The notes below the pieces were generated by a model. It made no database searches. It was not told the origin of the DNA and saw only the letters and a program-made list of their open reading frames with translations. The position numbers and the translations under genes were made by a program. Shown one piece after another: positions 1 to 7,316 of a DNA stretch of 24,290 nucleotides. This stretch comes from a virus (Duplodnaviria; Caudoviricetes): positions 1 to 24,290 of IMG/VR virus record IMGVR_UViG_3300048575_000073. The stretch is one strand, 5' to 3'. Each line of letters begins with the position of its first letter. Within the stretch, counting starts at the first letter, position 1.

Positions 1-1307
1 GCCGAGACGCCGCGCGTGGTCGTGTTGGCGCCAAGCGACAGCGGGGCGTTCACCCAGTTGGCGCAGCGCGACCCGGCATACGCCGGCGTGTTGGACCACC
101 CGCCGCCCATGACGATGCGGTTCGGCGTCTGGCTATGTTGTCCCAGGACACCATAATCGTTGGCGTCGTAGGCGTTGACGTACCCCGCCGCGGCCGCGCC
201 GCCGCCGGCCTCGGCCCCCCACTGCCACATCGCGCCGCAACAGTCTTCGCAGCCGATGTCCGAAACCATGCGGCGGCCGTTGGTGTCCACGTGGCCGCCG
301 GTGGTGGCCGGCTTGACCGTGCCGCCGAGGACGGACCCCTGGTTGCTGCCAAGCGAAAAGGCCACGAACTCCGTCTGGGTCATGAGGCGTTCGCCTTGCA
401 CCCCCAGCCACTGGCTGAACTTGAACCAATGGAAGGCCGGGGCGGTGTCGCCGCAGGCGATGGTGCCGCCGTAGGCGGAAACAAGCCTTCCGCCGCTGAC
501 CGACGACAGGTAGATCATGCCCCACTTGCCGCCGGCCACGGGACTGTACACCCGCCCGGCTTGGTCCCCGGCGCTGCGGTGCTTGAGGTCCCAGATGCTG
601 GCCGGCAGGATGTCGCCGGTAAGAAACCCGGACAGGGCATGGCCGTCGATGGCCCCGACCGACAGGCACAGGCAGTGGAATCCCATGACCTTGCGCGAGG
701 TGGCTGCGTCGTAGCCGGCCGGAAACGTGGCATTGGCGGAAAAAAGCAGCTTTATCGCGCCGCCGGCCTGGACGCAGGCGTAGACGGAGAAGTCCTTGCC
801 GGCCCGGTTGGCCGGGTTGGTGTAGTCCGGCGCGGTCGTGTCCCAGTTGGCCGCGTCGTTCAGGTCCATGGCCGGCAGGCCCGTCAGGGCATAACCGGCC
901 TCGCCCACGTTGACGGTGATGCGGCCGGGCAGGGCCAGGGACCGGCGGCCGGCCGCGTCGGCTCCGGCCAGTCCGGCCAGGGCCGACCGGGCGTAGTGGG
1001 CCGGGAGCGAGGCCAGCACGGCGGTCAGCAGGCCGCCGTCAGCCGGCCCCGTGTGCCCGTGGTGGCACAGCGACTGCGGCGTGTCGTTGCCGTGGAGCAC
1101 GTCCACGAGATTGGCCGTCAGGCCGGCCGCGTCCATGGATAGCCCGACCGTGGTCCCGGCGTAGCCGGTCGACGTGCCGTAGCGGTAGCCGTCCGTGCCG
1201 CAGTTGGCCCGGACACGGACGCCGGTCGGAAATTCGGCCGCCTTGTCGGCGGCCACGGAAAACGTGGTCGCGGTGAGATAGGTGGCGGGAATGGGTGTTT
1301 CGGCCAT
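1..1307 (-). CDS. Mtd-like (major tropism determinant) tail fibre / receptor-binding protein with C-terminal FGE-type C-type lectin fold; 3' end truncated by window
   Basis: Translated by hand from ATG 1307 (MAETPIPATYLTATTFSV...). Contains AGKDFSVY, GFHCLC, GDILPASIWDLKHR, SDIGCEDCCGAMWQW and ends ...RIVMGGGWSNTPAYAGSRCANWVNAPLSLGANTTTRGVS, matching the GGxW..GSR..RG pattern of Bordetella BPP-1 Mtd-type proteins. Absent from the ORF track because no stop lies in the window. Confidence 0.85.
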   Translation of the reverse strand, partial: MAETPIPATYLTATTFSVAADKAAEFPTGVRVRANCGTDGYRYGTSTGYAGTTVGLSMDAAGLTANLVDVLHGNDTPQSLCHHGHTGPADGGLLTAVLASLPAHYARSALAGLAGADAAGRRSLALPGRITVNVGEAGYALTGLPAMDLNDAANWDTTAPDYTNPANRAGKDFSVYACVQAGGAIKLLFSANATFPAGYDAATSRKVMGFHCLCLSVGAIDGHALSGFLTGDILPASIWDLKHRSAGDQAGRVYSPVAGGKWGMIYLSSVSGGRLVSAYGGTIACGDTAPAFHWFKFSQWLGVQGERLMTQTEFVAFSLGSNQGSVLGGTVKPATTGGHVDTNGRRMVSDIGCEDCCGAMWQWGAEAGGGAAAAGYVNAYDANDYGVLGQHSQTPNRIVMGGGWSNTPAYAGSRCANWVNAPLSLGANTTTRGVS

Positions 1308-1309
1308 GG

Positions 1310-1891
1310 CTACTCCGATATGGGTGTCCGCAGACGGATCGTGCGGGTGATGGGGGTTTGCAGGGTGACGGCCGGCGTGATGCCGCCCGTGAGCGCCATG
1401 CGCCGGCAGATGGGGCACGTCATACGGACCCGGACAGGGCCTAGCCGCTCGTTTTGGCCGAGAGCAGTTGCCACGCCGGCCCCGTCGGCATGCGCCTCAT
1501 AGGTCGCCAGTTTTTCGCCCCGGGCCAGGGACAGGGCATCGGCCCGGGCTTCGGCCTCCCCGACGGCCTGTTTGCCGCCGAGGCCAAAAGCCAAGCCCGG
1601 GCCCGACACGGTGCCCTGGCCGTGTGCCAGCTTCGCCCCTTCGGCCGTGGCCAGGGCGGACCCGGCGGCAGCGGCCGCGCCCTGGCGCAGCTCCACACGC
1701 TGACCGGCAGCGTTGGCCTGGCCGACGCCCACCGCTGCGGCCGGGCTGGCGGCAACCTTTTGGCCGATCACGTCCACATCGGCGACACCGCCGGCCACCG
1801 CGCCACCCTCGGCGACAAGGGCGGCCAGCCCGCTCCAGGCCGACGGCTTGCCTACCCAGGCGCTGTTGGAGCCAACCCAGGCGTTGAGCAT
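1310..1891 (-). CDS. Ala/Gly-rich putative tail fibre or minor tail protein
   Basis: 193 aa ORF packed between tail genes; low-complexity Ala/Gly with recurring GxKxA motifs. Confidence 0.65.
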   Translation of the reverse strand: MLNAWVGSNSAWVGKPSAWSGLAALVAEGGAVAGGVADVDVIGQKVAASPAAAVGVGQANAAGQRVELRQGAAAAAGSALATAEGAKLAHGQGTVSGPGLAFGLGGKQAVGEAEARADALSLARGEKLATYEAHADGAGVATALGQNERLGPVRVRMTCPICRRMALTGGITPAVTLQTPITRTIRLRTPISE

Positions 1892-1894
1892 GGG

Positions 1895-2257
1895 CTACGC
1901 CGGGTCGCTGATGGACAGCGTAAACGCGTTGAGCCTGTACTGCCCCTGGGCCGCAAACGTTTCGGTGGTCACGTCGTCCGTGGCAATGCACGTCCCGCCG
2001 GTCGCGGCTGTCCACAGCGAGGCATAGGCGACGGCCCCGGCCGGAACGTCGAAGAGGACGGACGCGCCGATGCCCCGGGCCCCGCCCGACGCGGCGGTCA
2101 TGGTGACGGCCTGGCGGACATAGGCCGGTGTGCCGCCGGTCAGCTCATTGGCCGAGCCGTCCGCGCCGGGCACGTCGTCATGCAGGGCCGCGTAGAGGGT
2201 GGCCGGAAGGCCGGAATCAAGGACGGTGTTTTTGCCGATGGTGGTGAGGGTGCCCAT
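1895..2257 (-). CDS. Small phage tail fibre-associated protein
   Basis: 120 aa; motif LYAALH..PG..GS.NELTGG..AYVRQAVT...F.VP....YASLW.AATGG typical of small siphophage tail proteins; AGGAG RBS upstream. Confidence 0.75.
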   Translation of the reverse strand: MGTLTTIGKNTVLDSGLPATLYAALHDDVPGADGSANELTGGTPAYVRQAVTMTAASGGARGIGASVLFDVPAGAVAYASLWTAATGGTCIATDDVTTETFAAQGQYRLNAFTLSISDPA

Positions 2258-2266
2258 ATCGCGCTC

Positions 2267-2566
2267 CTATTTTTGTTTGTCGTAGACACGAAATTCGGCC
2301 GTCTCGCCCCGGCCGGACCACGATCCATCCGCCAGGGTGATGACGGGCTGCACACGGTAGAGGCCCGGCTCGTCCATGTCGCCAGCCACGGCCTTGTGGC
2401 GCACGTAGTTGCTGGCTCCGTCGATGGCCTGGACCGACGCCGGCCACGTGGCCTCTGCCTGGGTGCCGGGCTTGAGGACGGCCATGGACACGGTGGCCCC
2501 GGTGATGTCCTGGCCGGCATCGAGGATGATCTCTGTGCCGATGTCGCCTACGTAGATTTTGTCCAT
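2267..2566 (-). CDS. BppU N-terminal-like baseplate/tail adaptor protein
   Basis: 99 aa; IYVGDIGT...DITGAT...KP...GDMDEPGLY pattern; GAGGA RBS upstream. Confidence 0.65.
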   Translation of the reverse strand: MDKIYVGDIGTEIILDAGQDITGATVSMAVLKPGTQAEATWPASVQAIDGASNYVRHKAVAGDMDEPGLYRVQPVITLADGSWSGRGETAEFRVYDKQK

Positions 2567-2573
2567 TAAATCC

Positions 2574-5198
2574 TCACAGGCCAGATGCGTATATTATTCC
2601 ACGCAGTTTATCCCTCGTGATGCCAAGGGAATTCGTCAGGTTGGTAGTTATATCTTGTTCGTTTAATAATACATGTGTGTCTTTTGTTGTAGCGACTTTG
2701 TTGTTGTAGTTGATATAAGAAATCGCTTTTATTGTGTTTCCGTCTCGTGTCTTTATGTCGGTTAGCCCATGCATATACCCACCCTGTGAGTTCCTAGACT
2801 CCATTGGGGTTACTGTCGCGGCTACTTTGAGATTTAAGGCGGACGACAAGTACATTTCCAATGTATCCGGGAAGAGTTGAGCCTTAAACGACATAATAGG
2901 CTTGCCGCCGGGCTTTGTTGCCGGAAAGCTCGCCAATTTATCGTTGAGCCATCCGTTCCCGATCTGGAGCCACTCCCCGGAATCGTCCGTAGAAATGACC
3001 CATCTGGTTTGTATTATTTCAGTATTCCCATATAACAACCAATTGTCCTCATATCCTCCGTGCTCGACAACAGTATTACGAAGCGCTTTTTTGTATACAA
3101 TTCCGCACGTGAATTGAGAGTTTTCAGATTCCTCCTGCACTACAAAAGCTGGCTCTGGAATGTTTAGAACCCAGTGGCCCGGGGTGAATGATTCGATTGG
3201 TGTAGTCGCTCCGCTTAGTATGCTTGTTTTGCGCACTTGATTGCCACTTATATAGTAAACATAGCCATGAGAATCTAGGGCAATAGTTTCAGTGTGCGAA
3301 AAACCAGTTTCAATTGTTAAGCTTTTTTTGAGGTTAACAGAAATTTTGTCGTCAACAATGGTTAGATAGTATCCCACGCCGTATGCCGGTCCTGCGGTAG
3401 AGACTTGTGCAAAAAACAGGTTGTCTACATTGAAGCTCAGCACATGCATTGACGTAAACCCGGCCTCTCCGTCGGCCCCAAAGCATGAATATCCCGGCTG
3501 CGTTTGAGTCCCTAGGATGTAGTCATAAGATTTTGTCTTTAAGTCTATAACATAATAATGGAAATTGTAGTCGTCACTCGGCCATGAATTTGGATCTTTA
3601 TAGTACTGATATGAAATCTTTTTATTAAATTTTGAAAGAATAAATGGACTGCCAAGAATTATTACCTCCCTTGTTTCTTTGCTTATCCCGTCATCGCTGG
3701 TGAAAGCGTTCATATGCGTCCGGCGCATGTAAAACGGGACACTCCCTTTGATATTTGAAAATCTTCCGCCCCCCTCTTTTGGTGTTCCTTCGACTTTTAT
3801 TGTGCCGTTCTTTATTGAAATGCTTTGGGTAAAAAACTTGTCGCCATCCTGGTATATGACATAGAATCCACAGGATTCCGGCTCTTCTTCGAACCCAATG
3901 ACTTCCGGCCTACTCCAGTCACCATCCTGAAAATGCACGACTACGCGGTCATTCTCCTCGAACGCCCCCGAATTGCACTCCATGTAGTGCATCGGTACAT
4001 CAAACAGCAGCAACCCTTTGCTGGCCCAGCTCGTGCCGCTGGATTGCACGGACCGCTCGCTGTAGGGCAGGTCGGAACTGTCCTGGACGGTGGAGAAATT
4101 GAGGTCCAGGGCGACGTTGCCTTGATCCGTCTGGACCTCCAGCCAGGCGTGGCCGTCGCCGGAGGCCACCTTGCCCGTCGCCAGCTTGATGGCCCCGGCC
4201 GGAACGCCGGCGGCCACCAGGGCGTTGAATTTCGTCAGCGCGAAATCCTCGCAGTCCCCGGACCCGCCCCCGTCGGCCGGCATCTCCTCCCAAAACTCCA
4301 GGCGGCCATATTGGGCCGAGTCGTATGCGTACGTGTTGCCGTTGTTGACGGATTTGTTGACGTCGTTGAGCAGTTGCCGCAGGTCGTCGGTCACCGGCAC
4401 CGTGGTGTCCGTTTGCGCGGTGCAGGCGGGGTGCCCGGGGTTGCGTGAGCAGAAATCCACAAACCCCTGCGGGCCCTGCTTGCTTGACTCGCACACGGCC
4501 CCGTCGATGTTGATGCCGATGTTTTGAGCCGAGGAGTGCGCGCCATCGAGGCAGACCGTGCAGGTGTCGGCTCCGTAGTCGATCTCCACGATGGTGCCGA
4601 CGCGGTAGGTCGGCCGCCACTTTTGGACGCCGGGCAGGATGGCCCAATTCAGGTAGGTGGCCAGGGCGTCGTTGGCGATGCCGGGTTGCAGTTCCCCTTC
4701 GGCTTCCGTGCCGCCCGGGGCGATAAGGATCTGCCCGGCCTCCTGGTTGATCTCGATGGTCCCCACCTCGGCCCCGGCTTGCAGGTCCTCCGTGGCGTCG
4801 GTGCACCAGACCTCCCGCGCCTCCTCGCCGGCCACGCCCTCATAGGTGGCGAGCTCCTTGTCGAAGGCCAGCTTTTTAAGCTTGGCCTGGGCAACGGCGT
4901 GCTGGGCGTCCTCCAGTGTCCACGCCGCGGCGTTGAGGGCGTCCTGTGCGGCCAGGAGAGGCGCGTAGGACGCATCCCCATTGGCCGCCACGATCTGTGC
5001 GGTCACGGCGTCAGAGGCCGCCTGCAGGGCACTTGTGGCGTCAGCCTCGGCCTGCTCGGCTTCGTCCTGCTCCGTGCTGGCCCGGAGGTAGCCGTCACGG
5101 CAGCGCTGCCGGGCGGCCTCCACGCGGGAAACGTCCTTGAGGATCTCCACGCTGTAGGCCGCCTGCCCGAGATTCGAGACGATCCGTGCCTTGCCCAT
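2574..5198 (-). CDS. Multidomain tail tip protein: coiled coil, inserted transglutaminase-like cysteine peptidase (BTLCP/LapG, peptidase C93), low-GC C-terminal domain
   Basis: Likely start ATG 5198 (MGKARIVS), overlapping the upstream TAA as TAATG; 874 aa. Motifs GFVDFCSRNP..C, VNKSVN, D..QYG..EFW, GDCEDFALTK, GHAWL, ALD. Confidence 0.85.
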   Translation of the reverse strand: MGKARIVSNLGQAAYSVEILKDVSRVEAARQRCRDGYLRASTEQDEAEQAEADATSALQAASDAVTAQIVAANGDASYAPLLAAQDALNAAAWTLEDAQHAVAQAKLKKLAFDKELATYEGVAGEEAREVWCTDATEDLQAGAEVGTIEINQEAGQILIAPGGTEAEGELQPGIANDALATYLNWAILPGVQKWRPTYRVGTIVEIDYGADTCTVCLDGAHSSAQNIGINIDGAVCESSKQGPQGFVDFCSRNPGHPACTAQTDTTVPVTDDLRQLLNDVNKSVNNGNTYAYDSAQYGRLEFWEEMPADGGGSGDCEDFALTKFNALVAAGVPAGAIKLATGKVASGDGHAWLEVQTDQGNVALDLNFSTVQDSSDLPYSERSVQSSGTSWASKGLLLFDVPMHYMECNSGAFEENDRVVVHFQDGDWSRPEVIGFEEEPESCGFYVIYQDGDKFFTQSISIKNGTIKVEGTPKEGGGRFSNIKGSVPFYMRRTHMNAFTSDDGISKETREVIILGSPFILSKFNKKISYQYYKDPNSWPSDDYNFHYYVIDLKTKSYDYILGTQTQPGYSCFGADGEAGFTSMHVLSFNVDNLFFAQVSTAGPAYGVGYYLTIVDDKISVNLKKSLTIETGFSHTETIALDSHGYVYYISGNQVRKTSILSGATTPIESFTPGHWVLNIPEPAFVVQEESENSQFTCGIVYKKALRNTVVEHGGYEDNWLLYGNTEIIQTRWVISTDDSGEWLQIGNGWLNDKLASFPATKPGGKPIMSFKAQLFPDTLEMYLSSALNLKVAATVTPMESRNSQGGYMHGLTDIKTRDGNTIKAISYINYNNKVATTKDTHVLLNEQDITTNLTNSLGITRDKLRGIIYASGL

Positions 5199-6520
5199 TA
5201 CGACTCCATGACCTCCATAAACGCCATGTCGGGCCCGACGTAGTGGACGATCTCGCCCACCACGAAAGCGCCGCCGGGGTAGACGCACCGGTCGCCCGGG
5301 GCCAAAAACAAGGATACCTCGCAACGCAGCCGGCGCTTGCCGGTGGTGTCCAGGGCCTCATATTGGATGCCGGTCACGGCAACCGATTTCGAGGCGACGA
5401 CGGGCACCGTCGACTGGCCGTAGATGGTCGCTGCATCGCCGCTGGACCCACGGTCCCACGCGAGGGCGGAAAATCCGACGCGAACGATTTCGGCCAGGGA
5501 CACGGCGCCGTCCTGGTGGCGGTAGCCCTTTTTGACGACCCACTGCCCATGGGGTCGGGCGGATATGGGGCCCGCCCACTGGCGCGAGTTGGGCACGACC
5601 GCCGACAGGTAGTGCACGCCATCCTCCTGGAGCCTGGATTGGAACGAGGCCATGGGAATCACGACGTCGGCCAGGCCGTCGGCTGCACCGGTGAGTGTCA
5701 GGGTGTAGATGGTCTGCGCGGCGGGCATTTGGTCAGCCGGGAGTGCCCACCGGGCCGTGGGGCGGGGCATGGCGCAATGCATGGCAAGCGCCGGAACGAT
5801 AGTCCCCAGGGACTGCGAGGGCGTCGGCATGGAGACGGTGAGGCCGGAGCTCGGGGCCTGCGACACGCCTTCACTGGCCGGGGCCGGCAGGGAGGCCGGC
5901 GAGAGAAAAACGGGGAAGATGGTCGGGACGGTCGGGGGCGGAAAGGCTGCGGTCAACGCAAAGGGAGAAAGCTGCTCCCAGGTCACGTGCAGTTCCGGCC
6001 GCTGCGTCCCGCCGCTGTAGCCGAGGGCCGAAAATGTGCGGTAGGCGCCGGCCGATCCGGCGCCGCCCGTCAGGAGCATGAGCAGATGCGCCCCGGGCGC
6101 AAATCCGGACCGGTTGACAAACTCCTGCACCACGGCGGCGACATCCGGCGAGTCGTAGATGGATCCGCCGGCCATGGCCGGCATGGTCCAGTCCACATAG
6201 GCGGCCCCGGTGGCGAGAGCCATGCAGGCGGTAGCCGATGCCGGCGCGGCCGGGTTGTCGGCGGCGACGGCCGCGATCCTGGCAACGGCCGAGACGGCGG
6301 ATAAGCTGCTGTAGGCCCGAAACCGCAGGATGGCGGACGTGATGGGCGCGCCGGGCGGGATGTCGGCCAGGGCGAAGCGGAGCCAGACGCGGTCATTGTT
6401 CGTGCTGTAGCGTCCAGCCTCAAGATAAGAGGCGTTGTACCCGCCGGAGAAATACTCCCCGACGTTGTTGGCGTAGCCGTTGTCGGCGGCGACGGCCGGA
6501 TAAAATGTGACGCTCGGCAT
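5198..6520 (-). CDS. Minor tail protein with N-terminal DNRLRE/CBM96-like domain, Pro/Ser-rich linker and C-terminal tail domain
   Basis: Likely start ATG 6520 (TAATG overlap); 440 aa. RVWLRFALADIPPGAPITSAILRF...RPELHVTW is the DNRLRE-type pattern. Confidence 0.7.
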   Translation of the reverse strand: MPSVTFYPAVAADNGYANNVGEYFSGGYNASYLEAGRYSTNNDRVWLRFALADIPPGAPITSAILRFRAYSSLSAVSAVARIAAVAADNPAAPASATACMALATGAAYVDWTMPAMAGGSIYDSPDVAAVVQEFVNRSGFAPGAHLLMLLTGGAGSAGAYRTFSALGYSGGTQRPELHVTWEQLSPFALTAAFPPPTVPTIFPVFLSPASLPAPASEGVSQAPSSGLTVSMPTPSQSLGTIVPALAMHCAMPRPTARWALPADQMPAAQTIYTLTLTGAADGLADVVIPMASFQSRLQEDGVHYLSAVVPNSRQWAGPISARPHGQWVVKKGYRHQDGAVSLAEIVRVGFSALAWDRGSSGDAATIYGQSTVPVVASKSVAVTGIQYEALDTTGKRRLRCEVSLFLAPGDRCVYPGGAFVVGEIVHYVGPDMAFMEVMES

Positions 6521-6954
6521 TACGCGAGGACGACCACGCCGGCCGCATTCCAGGTAATCGTGTAGTCGATGCCTGCGACCACGACGTCTGCCGGGGTGGC
6601 GTCGAGGAGGATGTAGCCGATCAGGGGCCCGGACACTCCATTGCGGGATGCCTGGGCATACAGCGCGGCATACCGAAATGTGGCCGTCAACCCAGTCCAT
6701 GTGGGGTTGTCGGCCACAAAAGCGGCGTTTGCCCCGCTGTGCGACACGGTCTTGCCGGACAGGACCCTGCCGCCGGAGGTGTACCCCGTGCCGGTGATCT
6801 CGTAGGCCGCGATGTCGGAAATCTGCGAATGCTCGACGCTCGGCGTGTAGCCCGAGGACAGGAGCATGACGGCAATCGGGTCGGTGTCCAGGTCAATGGT
6901 TCCGTCCAGCAGGTACGCCCGAAACGGATTATAGAGGGTCGCGGTCGCGGCCAT
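6520..6954 (-). CDS. Conserved phage minor tail protein
   Basis: Start ATG 6954 after a GGAGG RBS; 144 aa; IDLDTD.I.VMLL...EITGTGYTSGG..L motif common in phage tail modules. Confidence 0.75.
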   Translation of the reverse strand: MAATATLYNPFRAYLLDGTIDLDTDPIAVMLLSSGYTPSVEHSQISDIAAYEITGTGYTSGGRVLSGKTVSHSGANAAFVADNPTWTGLTATFRYAALYAQASRNGVSGPLIGYILLDATPADVVVAGIDYTITWNAAGVVVLA

Positions 6955-6956
6955 GG

Positions 6957-7316
6957 CTATGCCTCCGAGATGAAAGAGAGGTTGATTTTGAGGTTGGCCC
7001 CGTCGGCCTGCACGGACTCGGGCGATACCCGGTAGCATCCGTCGGGGGTGACCAGGGTCAGCGTGGCATAGGCCTCGGAAAACCGGACTGCGGTGGCCAC
7101 CTGCTCGGACGTGGCGTTGACGACAACCACGGCCAAGGAGCGGTCCCCGGAGGCGTAGCCGCTGTCGACAATCGACACGCCGCCGTCGAGGGTCTTGTAC
7201 TTAGTCACCCGGCGCTGACGCTCGTGGAGTCCGCCGAGAGTGGTGCGGTCAAGCTGCTCCCGGTAGAGATAGAGGGCACCGCGCGGGTCGAAGATGAGAG
7301 AGGAAAGACCGATCAT
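6957..7316 (-). CDS. Hypothetical tail protein (distal-tail-protein position)
   Basis: 119 aa; ATGA overlap with tape measure stop; RRVTKYKTLDGG motif. Function inferred from position only. Confidence 0.65.
   Translation of the reverse strand: MIGLSSLIFDPRGALYLYREQLDRTTLGGLHERQRRVTKYKTLDGGVSIVDSGYASGDRSLAVVVVNATSEQVATAVRFSEAYATLTLVTPDGCYRVSPESVQADGANLKINLSFISEA

Noticed and set aside
135-1142. 335 aa plus-strand ORF and overlapping short minus-strand ORFs
   Set aside because: Shadows of the Mtd-like gene; the real frame is the minus frame starting at 1307.
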